Origin: a bacterium
GTDB taxonomy: Bacteria; SAR324; NAC60-12
Assembly (NCBI GenBank): GCA_965233585.1
Contig: CBDDTI010000746.1
Coordinates: 544,001-608,000, forward strand
Reading direction: 5' to 3'
DNA: 64,000 nt
Positions within the stretch are counted from its first letter, which is position 1. Every line of letters starts with the position of its first letter. A model generated the notes under the pieces. It was not told where the DNA came from. It saw nothing but the letters and a program-made list of their open reading frames with translations, and ran no database searches. The position numbers and the translations under genes are program-made. Of the stretch, positions 9,958 to 19,275 are shown one piece after another.

Positions 9958-9973
9958 AGCAAGCGTTATGCCA
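9958..9973 (-). promoter_or_regulatory. Sigma54 (-24/-12) promoter of flgFGAH
   Basis: Minus strand TGGCATAACGCTTGCT matches TGGCAY-N5-TTGCW, 40 nt upstream of the flgF ATG. Confidence 0.85.
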
Positions 9974-10087
9974 GAAGCCTGACAGTTCAGCAAAGTCAGA
10001 AAAAGTAGAGGGATTTTTTGACAAAATTGAAACAGAAGACCCTTGGTACAAGGGCAAAAGAGATTCTTGAATGAAGTGAAGGATTGG

Positions 10088-11842
10088 TTAATGAGGGAAG
10101 TAATCTTTCCATCGCTGGTCAACAAGCTGGCGTGTTGTGTCATCTACTTCTACTTCTTTGGGATACCAAGGCTTCATTCTGCAGTCAAAAACAAGTGGAG
10201 CAGAAAGGCGAACCTGATTTCTCATAATCGCTTGTTTTGCTGGATAAATATCAGCGGCAGGCTCAAAACGTGTGAAGGTTGACCAAATAAATGTTCTGTC
10301 ATCTTTGGCAACAGAGATGTCATCAGTCAAAACAATGATTGACCAGTCTTTGACGATGGGATCCTTGGCGAGTTCACTTGCATAGTTTTTGGTATTTTCT
10401 GAGTAAGCAGATGCTTGCACCACCAAAACGCCGCCACAATACATCGCTACTGCTTTTGCTCCGATGGGCAAGCGTTCAGGAAGAACTGTTTGTAAATCTC
10501 TGATTGGTTCACCAATTCCCAATAACACCGCTTTGCTCCCATGATTGACTTTGGGCCCCGTATAGTCTAAAGAATCCATTGCCAGATGAGACAAAATAAA
10601 GAGGTCGCTTTCAAAGCGGGTGCGTTTTAAAACATGCTCTAACATCAACTTAAAATTTTGTAAGTCTATGGCTTCATTGAGAACAATCAAAAACTTGGTT
10701 AATCCAAGCTGTCCCCCAGACTCTCCCAAAATTCTAAAAGCGGACATCATAGATTCACGTGCATAACGTTCTTTGACAATAATGGAACTTAATGAATGAT
10801 AGCCCGCCTCACCATAGCTCCAAATTTCACGTACTGAAGGCATCACCAGCTTACTCAAAGGTGAAAGCAGTGTTTGCAAATAATTTCCTAGAAAAAAATC
10901 TTCTTGCACAGGCTTTCCAACCACTGTTGCAGGATAGATGGCATTTTGACGATGAAAGATAGTTTTGACGTGAAACACAGGATAAGGATGTTGGAGAGAG
11001 TAATATCCATAATGGTCACCAAAAGGTCCTTCTGGTCTGGTTTCGTGAGGGGGAACATGTCCGTAAATGCAAAACTCTGCATCTGCCAGCAAGGGGAGTG
11101 TGATGCCTTGTGGCTTGGTCGTTCTTAATTTTTTCTCTTGAATGAAAGATGCCAGCATCAGTTCAGGAATGTTTTCAGGTAGAGGAGCAATCGCGGCAAG
11201 CATCAATGCAGGTGATCCTCCGAGTGACACGCACATTGGCAAAGGTTGGTCTTGTGATTCATGGTAATGGAATCCACCGCCTTTTTGGATTTGCCAATGA
11301 ATGCCTGTTGTGCAGTCATCGTAAATTTGTATGCGATACATGCCAAGGTTATGCTCGCCTGTTTTGGGTGATTCTGTATAAACCAAGGGCAGGGTTAAAA
11401 AATGCCCTCCATCTTCTGACCAAAGTTTCAAAGCGGGGAGTTCTGTCAGCTTGGGCGTGTGCTGAACACATTCTAAAATTGGAGCAGATTTGACTTTTTT
11501 TAATCCCGTAGAAAGCCCTGCACGCAGTAAATGCTTTTGCTTCCAAAGTGTTGGAAGTTTAGGGGGCAGACCTCCTTCAACTATTTCAATGACGCTTTTA
11601 AGGAGTTGTTCTGGACGACTTCCAAATGCCATTTCTACACGCCTTGCTGTTCCAAAAAGATTCGTGACACATGAAAATTTCGCACCTTCAACGTTGGTAA
11701 AAAGTAAGGCAGGACCGTCTTCTGAAATGACCCGCCTGTGAATCTCTGCAATTTCTAAGTTAGCAGAGACTGGGGCATCAATGACTTGTAATTCTCCTGA
11801 TTGTTTCAGTAAATCAAGATAGTCTCGTAAATTTTGAATCAT
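10088..11842 (-). CDS. ubiD: UbiD-family prFMN-dependent decarboxylase (long, menaquinone-pathway type)
   Basis: NLGMYRIQ, EGPFGDHYGYY, ATVVGKP.QED, DSLDYTG. Confidence 0.9.
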   Translation of the reverse strand: MIQNLRDYLDLLKQSGELQVIDAPVSANLEIAEIHRRVISEDGPALLFTNVEGAKFSCVTNLFGTARRVEMAFGSRPEQLLKSVIEIVEGGLPPKLPTLWKQKHLLRAGLSTGLKKVKSAPILECVQHTPKLTELPALKLWSEDGGHFLTLPLVYTESPKTGEHNLGMYRIQIYDDCTTGIHWQIQKGGGFHYHESQDQPLPMCVSLGGSPALMLAAIAPLPENIPELMLASFIQEKKLRTTKPQGITLPLLADAEFCIYGHVPPHETRPEGPFGDHYGYYSLQHPYPVFHVKTIFHRQNAIYPATVVGKPVQEDFFLGNYLQTLLSPLSKLVMPSVREIWSYGEAGYHSLSSIIVKERYARESMMSAFRILGESGGQLGLTKFLIVLNEAIDLQNFKLMLEHVLKRTRFESDLFILSHLAMDSLDYTGPKVNHGSKAVLLGIGEPIRDLQTVLPERLPIGAKAVAMYCGGVLVVQASAYSENTKNYASELAKDPIVKDWSIIVLTDDISVAKDDRTFIWSTFTRFEPAADIYPAKQAIMRNQVRLSAPLVFDCRMKPWYPKEVEVDDTTRQLVDQRWKDYFPH

Positions 11843-11978
11843 GTTTCCTTGCTTCTGAAATGGTTTTTCAAATAAAAGTTTTTTGCTTTCTTCTTGGCTT
11901 TCTAATCAATGATTTCAGTATAGCATACTGATTGCTGACTTTCTTAAAATGAAGAGACGATGGGACATTCAGGACGTT

Positions 11979-13337
11979 TTAAATCTGGAATTTTTCCAAA
12001 GTTTGCACTAGCTTTTTCCCCTTATGCAAAGTCTCTTCGTATTCTTTGAGTGGTTGGCTGTCAATCACAATACCACCTCCTAAACCGATAGAAATTTGCC
12101 CTTGATGCACAACGGGAGTCCTGATTGCCACATTAAACTCTGCATTTCCATCAAAACTAATCCAGCCGATAGACCCTGTGTAAATTCCACGTCGTCGGTT
12201 TTCCAGCTTGGCAATTTGTTGCATGGCAGACAATTTGGGCGTTCCTGTAATAGATCCGCAAGGGAACAGAGCTTGAATCAGATCAAAGACGTCATGTTTT
12301 TGGTCAAGGACACCTTCAATCGTTGAGACTAAATGATGCACACTGGCAAAAGTTTCAAGTTTGCAAATTTTTGGCACATAGACACTGCCAACTTCGCAAA
12401 CTTTTCCCAGATCATTACGTTCAAGGTCAACAATCATCATCAGTTCTGCAAGGTCTTTTGAGCTTTTTTGTAAGAGTTGCTGGCTAGTAGAATCTTTGGC
12501 AAGGTCTTCAAAACGTGGGGCTGTTCCTTTGATAGGTCTGACCATCACTTGACGATTTTGAAGTTTAAAAAACAATTCAGGTGATGCACTCAAGACGGCA
12601 TCATTTTGCCCAAAAGGAAGGAATGCACAGTATGACGCAGGGTGTGCATTCACAAGCTCTTGGTAAAGTGCCAAAGGATTCCCTTCAAATGATGCACAAA
12701 GCTCACGAGACAAATTGACTTGATAAACAACGCCTTGACGAATGCACTCTTGGATTTCTTCTACTAACTGACAATATTGCTCACAAGACAAATTAGAATG
12801 GAGTTGACCAACTTTTACATGGTTTTGAGGTAAGGGGAGATTTTTTGTTTTTTGGTCTAAGTCCAAAATTTCTTGTAAGCGCACTTGATTTCCATAAAAT
12901 GACCACTTTTCTTGCAAGTGATTATAGACAAGAGACCAATCATAAAACAAAAAGTAGGCTTCAGGCAGAGAACTTGGCAGGTATGGAATTTTTTCTCTCC
13001 AAAAGGACACTCCCAAGTCATAGCTTAAAAATCCAATACAACCGCCATTAAATGTTGGTGCAGGGCTAACAGCATCAGGGACAAATTCTGCCAAAGTAGA
13101 ACGGAGGGCTGACCATAATGAATCAAACGATCTAGTGTTGCTTGGAGTCTCTACCAGAATTTGAGGCAGTTGACAAGTCAGAGAAGCAACAGGGTCTGCC
13201 GCAAGAATAGAATAGCAGGAAGGAGACACTTGAGGCATGGTATTTTCCAAAAAAGTCGCATTTGGAAATTCATGATGTAGCCTTGCAAAAAAATGTTTTG
13301 GGGATTGAGCAAGCGTTATGTCTGATCGGCAAACCAT
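11979..13337 (-). CDS. pabB: Aminodeoxychorismate synthase component I (PabB/TrpE family)
   Basis: YQVNLS, SASPELF, RPIKGT, MIVDLERNDLG, FPCGSITGTPK. Confidence 0.9.
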   Translation of the reverse strand: MVCRSDITLAQSPKHFFARLHHEFPNATFLENTMPQVSPSCYSILAADPVASLTCQLPQILVETPSNTRSFDSLWSALRSTLAEFVPDAVSPAPTFNGGCIGFLSYDLGVSFWREKIPYLPSSLPEAYFLFYDWSLVYNHLQEKWSFYGNQVRLQEILDLDQKTKNLPLPQNHVKVGQLHSNLSCEQYCQLVEEIQECIRQGVVYQVNLSRELCASFEGNPLALYQELVNAHPASYCAFLPFGQNDAVLSASPELFFKLQNRQVMVRPIKGTAPRFEDLAKDSTSQQLLQKSSKDLAELMMIVDLERNDLGKVCEVGSVYVPKICKLETFASVHHLVSTIEGVLDQKHDVFDLIQALFPCGSITGTPKLSAMQQIAKLENRRRGIYTGSIGWISFDGNAEFNVAIRTPVVHQGQISIGLGGGIVIDSQPLKEYEETLHKGKKLVQTLEKFQI

Positions 13338-13606
13338 TCTTGCAAAATTAAGGAGATTTGAATCGCTTGTTTGGCACTAGAAATGTTAAATTTGCTTTTC
13401 TGTTTAAAAACTCCTTGTTGTTTTTGATAACGTCTGATGGTTGCCTTAGGTTCACCAAATTCCCCGGTCCTAACGTTTAGCTCACGATAGTGAAATAAAA
13501 CCGTTGTCCATGCTCCCTTAGAAAGCACTTCTTTATCCAACTCTTCTACAACAACCTGACCGTCTTCTTCAAAAGTCACCGTTAAATCATCAATGGTCTC
13601 GCTCAT
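13316..13606 (-). CDS. Small hypothetical protein, possibly PC4-like fold
   Basis: 96-aa ORF with plausible composition; beta-strand pattern plus a C-terminal helix. Confidence 0.7.
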   Translation of the reverse strand: MSETIDDLTVTFEEDGQVVVEELDKEVLSKGAWTTVLFHYRELNVRTGEFGEPKATIRRYQKQQGVFKQKSKFNISSAKQAIQISLILQEWFADQT

Positions 13607-13722
13607 CTTTCAAACATTTTAAAATTGCACACAAAAATTAATCCCTGAATTATATCTATAATCATCAAAATTTGATAACCTTTTCTGCTCGTCTAACCTC
13701 TAGCTATGTGTTTTAAAACCAG

Positions 13723-14655
13723 ATGTTGTCTACGTTCAATGCGCTGTTTCCTATCTTTTCGCTGATTGCATTGGGTTTTGTATTTCAATTCAGACAATTT
13801 CCATCAGCTCATTTTTGGGAGAATGCAGACAAGTTGGTTTATTACGTCCTCATTCCGTCTTTTTTAGTAAAAAGGCTAGGGTTTTCACAGCAGTTAGGAC
13901 TTGATGCAACAGGCGTCACCACCATTGCAGTTGTTTCAATCCTCACTGTGTCTATCAGTCTTATGATGTTTCAAATGGTGTTCAAACGCAATGGTGCATC
14001 GTTTTCTTCTATTTATCAAGGGGCGGTAAGATTCAATGCGTACGTTGGGCTTTCTATCATTGGGGCAATGTATGGGGAGGCAGGATTGACCAGTTTTTCT
14101 GCAGTCATGGGAGGCACGATTCCTGTCATCAATCTCTTGTGTATTGGAGTTTTGAATGCCTATGCACAGGGGCAGATGTCTTTGAAAGCATTTTTGCTAC
14201 CTACGTGTAAGAACCCTTTAATCTGTGCAACGGTGATAGGGCTTTCCATACGTTACTTTCAAATTCCTGTGCCTCAACCTGTTCAAGATGTTGTGGGACT
14301 TTTAGGACAAGCGGCACTACCTTTGGGTCTAGTTTCGGTGGGTTTTGCACTTCGTTGGAAAATTAACATGTCCAAACTCACCGATGTCATTTACTCCTGT
14401 ACTTTCAAATTTGTTGTTTTGCCAATGTTTGGAGTTTTGGTAGGCATTTGGTGGCAGATGACACCCAGAGAGATAGAGTTGTTAACACTTTACCTATGCT
14501 TGCCAACCGCTGTCAGCGGTTACATTTTTGCAAAACAGCTGGGGGGAGATACAGAATTGATGTCAACCATCATCACAATTCAAACTGTTTTAGGCTTTGT
14601 CATCATTCCTCTCATGTTTCAAATTCTGCCAGTGATTGATGCGGTCAAGTTTTAA
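13723..14655 (+). CDS. AEC (auxin efflux carrier) family transporter
   Basis: About 10 TM segments, NPLI, ALPLGL, PTA...Y..AKQLGGD. Confidence 0.9.
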   Translation: MLSTFNALFPIFSLIALGFVFQFRQFPSAHFWENADKLVYYVLIPSFLVKRLGFSQQLGLDATGVTTIAVVSILTVSISLMMFQMVFKRNGASFSSIYQGAVRFNAYVGLSIIGAMYGEAGLTSFSAVMGGTIPVINLLCIGVLNAYAQGQMSLKAFLLPTCKNPLICATVIGLSIRYFQIPVPQPVQDVVGLLGQAALPLGLVSVGFALRWKINMSKLTDVIYSCTFKFVVLPMFGVLVGIWWQMTPREIELLTLYLCLPTAVSGYIFAKQLGGDTELMSTIITIQTVLGFVIIPLMFQILPVIDAVKF

Positions 14656-14731
14656 TGTTGCTGTTTTACAAGTAATTGGTTGTTGACAGATTTTTGATTG
14701 ATGCGGTCAAGTTTTAATGTTGCTGTTTTAC
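14633..14731. repeat. Exact 37-bp direct repeat (14633-14669, 14695-14731)
   Basis: TGATTGATGCGGTCAAGTTTTAATGTTGCTGTTTTAC twice, with 25 bp between copies. Confidence 0.95.
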
Positions 14732-15609
14732 TTCTCCAAAGCTCCAATTCTGACTTTTCTCCTTTCATAATCAGGTTTGAGACGTTGAAACATTGCCTTA
14801 TAGCGGGCGCAAATAGTGCTGTTTTCTATTCCCAAATTATATGCAATCTTGTCGTATCCTTCTTCTGAATCAACAGCTTTACGATAAGTTGTATTTTTTT
14901 CTTCTATTTGTGAAAGGAGGATTCTCACCTGTTTAAAGAAGGAGATGGTTGCAGATTCTCCTTGAATCAAAGGTCTAATTTCTTGCTTAATCTCATTGGC
15001 ATTTTGAGAGTCTGCATTACTGGCACCGACTTCTTGAATAAGCCTTGCGATGTGACTTTCTAGTTGAGGATACTGTCTGACTAAAAAACGTTGCATCGTG
15101 TCAATGTTTCCATTTAAAACTTCCAATAACAAATCACACCTAACAGAGTTGATGAGATAGCGGTTAAATTCTTTTTCAAGTTCTGCGCGCGAACGCACGT
15201 GGACAGGAGAAAAAGAGGTGACGCCTTTTCTTTTCAAGGGTGCATCAAGAGCAAGAATTTTCCATTCTTTGTCTTGACGTTCCTTCACCTTTTTTAAAAG
15301 GTCTTCACGCTTCTTTTTTTCACGTAGCCGTTGTTGTTTTGCAATATTTTTAAGAGAGCTACTTTCATTGCGCTTCCACACCAGATCAATGAACTGGTTT
15401 TTGTCAATACTTTTGATTTTTTCCAGCCCAAGAGACCTGAGTACTGAGACAAAAGTAGAGGGGTGGATTCCCTTGGATTCTTGACAAGCCAGCATTCCTG
15501 CAAGCCATCTTGCTTCTTCTTCGGAAATTTGGAAACGTTCCATGCAACGTTTCAACACAGCTTGATTTGTTGAAACTTGCTCTTGATTGGAATGAGTGGT
15601 GTCTGTCAT
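14728..15609 (-). CDS. Hypothetical protein (basic, helical/coiled-coil)
   Basis: 293-aa ORF co-oriented with upstream genes; no family recognised. Confidence 0.7.
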   Translation of the reverse strand: MTDTTHSNQEQVSTNQAVLKRCMERFQISEEEARWLAGMLACQESKGIHPSTFVSVLRSLGLEKIKSIDKNQFIDLVWKRNESSSLKNIAKQQRLREKKKREDLLKKVKERQDKEWKILALDAPLKRKGVTSFSPVHVRSRAELEKEFNRYLINSVRCDLLLEVLNGNIDTMQRFLVRQYPQLESHIARLIQEVGASNADSQNANEIKQEIRPLIQGESATISFFKQVRILLSQIEEKNTTYRKAVDSEEGYDKIAYNLGIENSTICARYKAMFQRLKPDYERRKVRIGALEK

Positions 15610-15615
15610 AAATCA

Positions 15616-16131
15616 TCAATGTTCCAAAGAGTAACATTGAGCAAGCTCGGCATAATGTGATGCGGATTCTCTGATGGTTTCAATGATGCTGGGGTCATAA
15701 GTTTTTTTGACTTTTGCAGGACTTCCCACAACCAGTGAATAGGGAGGAATGAAGGTCTTTTCCAAAACCAAAGCACCTGCACCAATGATTGTCCCTTTGC
15801 TGACGTGGACTTCATTCATCAGAATTGCTCCCATGCCAATTAAGCAATCGTCTTCTACGAAACAGCTATGTAGCAAGCACTTATGCCCAACTGTCACTCT
15901 ATTGCCAAGAATCAGAGGCTGTTTGAAATCCACATGACAAACAGAGAGGTCTTGGATGTTGGTTTCATCTCCTACGGAAATACTGCAAATATCTGCCCTT
16001 AAAACAGAATTAAACCAAACCGATGCACGTTCTCCAACAGACACATTGCCAATCAGCTGAACACCCGATGCAAGCCAAGCTGTTGGTGCAACCTTTGGGG
16101 AAACCTCTTGAAAAGAATGAATTTTGCCCAT
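15616..16131 (-). CDS. Gamma carbonic anhydrase family (YrdA-like) hexapeptide-repeat protein
   Basis: VWFNSVLRAD, TNIQD..VCH, VTVGH..LLH. Confidence 0.93.
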   Translation of the reverse strand: MGKIHSFQEVSPKVAPTAWLASGVQLIGNVSVGERASVWFNSVLRADICSISVGDETNIQDLSVCHVDFKQPLILGNRVTVGHKCLLHSCFVEDDCLIGMGAILMNEVHVSKGTIIGAGALVLEKTFIPPYSLVVGSPAKVKKTYDPSIIETIRESASHYAELAQCYSLEH

Positions 16132-16152
16132 TGTTCCTTTTTTAAAAACGCA

Positions 16153-16968
16153 TTAAGTCAAAAATGAACGTTCTACAACATTTAATAGATATTTGAGTGC
16201 ATAAAGGCGACTTCCTTTGTCCCGACCAACTAGCGAATCTAACTTCTGCCTCTGTTCCCTTGGCGCCCTTGCAAAATAATACTTCATGCTAACAGAATGC
16301 ACGGCTCTCATTCTTTTGTTGAGCTTTGCGGCATCTACTAAGACTTTGTCTTCCAATAACTGCACCAATTCAAAAATTTCTCGTCTCAAACCGACTTTAA
16401 GCAAAATGCGTGCTAGTAAATGCACTTCTTGATTTTGAATGGGAGACAAGTAGAAATTGGCAAGTTTGAGGTATTTTTCACATTCTTGGGTGCGGATTGA
16501 GTAGACACGTTCTTCATCTTTCAAGATTTTTCGTAATTGGTTGTGAAAGTAATACGGCAATGCTTGAAAAGGGATTTTTTTGGCAGCTTCAGGTGCTAGT
16601 TGATTCAAAGTAATTTGTTCTCGGTAGCACAACTGACGGAGTTGGTCAAAGTGTGGAAAGATCCAAAACCGACCATCTTTGTTGACCAATCCTCTCATCT
16701 GTGGTTCGTAAAAATAATAGATTGGAGTTTTGGACATGAAGTAATTTCTCCAAGGCTCCCATTCATCACGCAATAAATAAATATCTTGAATCAATATGGG
16801 TTGTCCTTTTTGCAAGGCGTAAAAGTACTGCAAATCGTCTTTAATCTTTTCTTGCTTGTTGTTTTGTCTCTCCAGCCTCAAGATCAGTTGACTTGTCCAG
16901 CGAATCAGTGGTTCAAAGAAAGTAATTTCTTCGTAAATTGGTATGTTATCAAGTTCTGCAACAGCCAT
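16153..16968 (-). CDS. Hypothetical protein
   Basis: 271-aa ORF tightly packed in an operon; no family recognised. Confidence 0.7.
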   Translation of the reverse strand: MAVAELDNIPIYEEITFFEPLIRWTSQLILRLERQNNKQEKIKDDLQYFYALQKGQPILIQDIYLLRDEWEPWRNYFMSKTPIYYFYEPQMRGLVNKDGRFWIFPHFDQLRQLCYREQITLNQLAPEAAKKIPFQALPYYFHNQLRKILKDEERVYSIRTQECEKYLKLANFYLSPIQNQEVHLLARILLKVGLRREIFELVQLLEDKVLVDAAKLNKRMRAVHSVSMKYYFARAPREQRQKLDSLVGRDKGSRLYALKYLLNVVERSFLT

Positions 16969-16969
16969 A

Positions 16970-17686
16970 TTAAAAAATTTTTGGAGCTTTCACGATGATC
17001 AAGTTTTGACGTTCAATCCATGCCTCTTGAGTTTGTGGCATTTCAACCCGCACCCAGTTCTCTTGCACTTCTTTAACTTTGGTTTGTATGAGGTCTTCAG
17101 TCTTGAGAATGATTTCAGTTTTGGAGTGTGGTGCAAGATGGACAGGAGTTTGTACCTTGACAACCGACACAGGTGCATCAAACCAGAGTCTCCAAACTGA
17201 CAGAGCAACTCCCAAAATCCCAAGACAGACCCCCAAAGCAGGCACGACCTTTGGCAACTTGTGACGTGACGCCAAAAGTCCCCACATCAGCAACCATGCA
17301 AAACCTGAAGCAAGCACTGTCTCTAACCTTGTCAGTTTTTTAAGTCCGTTTTCTAGCCAATGCTGATTTGCATAACGAGTGTGTGCTGGAATCAGGTTTA
17401 AATTATGCTGGACATTGGCATTGCGGGGAATATATTCCTGTGCTTGCAAATAGTAGCCCATTGCCGATGCAACATCTCCAGAAAGAAATGCGGCTACTCC
17501 TGCATTGTAATACAATGCACCTTCCCTAATGTCCATTGCTAATAATTGCTTGTAGCCAGCCAGTGCCTTTTGCCAATCTTTTGAGTCCATCTGTTGATTA
17601 GATTGCGACCAAAGCTGTTGTACATCATCAGCCAAGAGTATTTTGGAAAAAGCAATCAAGATGACAAAAATGAGACTTTTTTTCAT
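16970..17686 (-). CDS. BatE-like TPR + TM + SH3-like protein
   Basis: Signal peptide, TPR (LYYNAGVA...AMGYY..A....PRN..VQHNL), 2 TM segments, SH3b-like C-terminus (WVRV...AWI). Confidence 0.75.
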   Translation of the reverse strand: MKKSLIFVILIAFSKILLADDVQQLWSQSNQQMDSKDWQKALAGYKQLLAMDIREGALYYNAGVAAFLSGDVASAMGYYLQAQEYIPRNANVQHNLNLIPAHTRYANQHWLENGLKKLTRLETVLASGFAWLLMWGLLASRHKLPKVVPALGVCLGILGVALSVWRLWFDAPVSVVKVQTPVHLAPHSKTEIILKTEDLIQTKVKEVQENWVRVEMPQTQEAWIERQNLIIVKAPKIF

Positions 17687-18133
17687 AGGTTATCTACTTC
17701 CGAATCGTGTCAAAGCCTCATAGATTATCACAACAAACAGAAAAAAACGATGTTCAGAGACCTCAGAGTCTTGAATGATTTGAGTGACACCTGCCTCGCT
17801 CTAAATTTGAAGATGAAAAAAGAATAAGATGTCAATTTGTCATAAAATATTGATTTTATAATTTTTTGTGTTATACTATGAAACGATTTTTGTTTGATGT
17901 AAAAAAGTTCAATGGCTTAAGTCCGCTTGGCAATAGCATTTGAATCCAAAAACTGAGGTGTCTTCAAATAGCGAAAAATTGGGAAACAAGTCGTTTTCAC
18001 TCCTTTTCACTGACTGATGTCATTTTTTCTTAGGTTATCTGGATAGGAGTCTATTGCAATAAATCTATTTTGGTGTATCATCTTTGTTTCCTAACAATGC
18101 CGTTTTTTGTTTTTTGATTCACTACTTTGGGGT

Positions 18134-18184
18134 ATGAATCAAAGAATGCGATGAATGACTTTTGAGGGAGGCTGTTTTTGGTGT
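18134..18184 (+). pseudogene. Degenerate copy of the first 17 codons of msrAB
   Basis: 43/51 nt identical to 18222-18272; translates MNQRMR*MTFEGGCFWC. Confidence 0.85.
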
Positions 18185-18221
18185 CATCTCCTTTTAACAA
18201 CTTATTTTTTAACCAACCATT

Positions 18222-19181
18222 ATGAATCAGAAAATACAATTAGCGACTTTTGCGGGAGGCTGTTTTTGGTGTATGGAGTCTCCTTTCGTCAAGCAAGAAG
18301 GAGTTCTGCAAGTGCAGGTTGGATACACCGGCGGAACAGAAGTCAATCCTACGTATGAACAAGTTGCTTCAGGCAAGACAAGCCACCGTGAAGCTGTCCA
18401 GATTTCTTATGACGTTTTGCAAATTGACTATCAGACACTATTGCACCTCTTTTGGACACAAATTGACCCCACTGATGCAGGTGGTTCGTTTGCAGACAGA
18501 GGACAACACTACACTTCTGCCATTTTTTATCACTCTGAAGAACAAAAAAACTTGGCTGAAGAGTCCAAACGAACGCTTGACCAAACCCAAGTTTACAACC
18601 AGCCTGTCGTCACAGAAATTCTACCTTACTCCGACTTTTATTTGGCAGAAGACTATCATCAAAAATACTATCAGAAAAATCCTTTGGCATATCAAAGCTA
18701 TCGTCAAGGTTCGGGACGTGACCAGTTTTTACAAAAAATCTGGGGACAAAAACAAGAATCTCAAAAGTCAGTTCAGTTGACCCCTTTGCAATATCATGTT
18801 GTCAAACAAGATGGCACAGAACCAGCTTTCCAAAATGAGTATTGGAATCACCATGAAGAAGGAATTTACGTAGACATCGTCTCAGGGGAGGCTCTTTTTT
18901 GTTCTTGCGACAAGTTTGACTCAGGCACTGGCTGGCCCAGCTTTACACAACCCATCACCAAAGAAGCATTAGTCCAGCAAGACGATGATAAGCTAGGGTA
19001 TCAACGCACAGAAGTCAGAAGCCGACAAGCTGACTCTCACTTAGGGCATGTCTTTAATGATGGACCCAAAAAACAAGGAGGTTTAAGGTATTGTATTAAC
19101 TCCGCATCACTCAAATTTGTTGCTAAAGAAGACTTGGAAGCCCAAGGATACGAACAATACCTGACTTTGTTTGGGGAGTGA
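18222..19181 (+). CDS. msrAB: Bifunctional methionine sulfoxide reductase MsrA-MsrB
   Basis: GGCFWC and AEDYHQKY (MsrA); [20 protein letters not shown] (MsrB). Confidence 0.96.
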   Translation: MNQKIQLATFAGGCFWCMESPFVKQEGVLQVQVGYTGGTEVNPTYEQVASGKTSHREAVQISYDVLQIDYQTLLHLFWTQIDPTDAGGSFADRGQHYTSAIFYHSEEQKNLAEESKRTLDQTQVYNQPVVTEILPYSDFYLAEDYHQKYYQKNPLAYQSYRQGSGRDQFLQKIWGQKQESQKSVQLTPLQYHVVKQDGTEPAFQNEYWNHHEEGIYVDIVSGEALFCSCDKFDSGTGWPSFTQPITKEALVQQDDDKLGYQRTEVRSRQADSHLGHVFNDGPKKQGGLRYCINSASLKFVAKEDLEAQGYEQYLTLFGE

Positions 19182-19275
19182 ATGATTGCCAAAAACGTGT
19201 GCCAGCTCACCAATTTTGAAAAACATCATCTTTGCAAAACCAATTTGTTAAACACAACTTTTGAATATCAGGAAT

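Noticed and set aside
14633..14731. Minimal CRISPR array (37-bp repeats, 25-bp spacer)
   Set aside because: Only two copies, both overlapping coding ends; not palindromic; no cas genes or leader.
18134..18184. Selenocysteine-containing MsrA (in-frame TGA)
   Set aside because: The TGA aligns with a Leu codon, not the catalytic Cys, and the copy is out of frame with msrAB.
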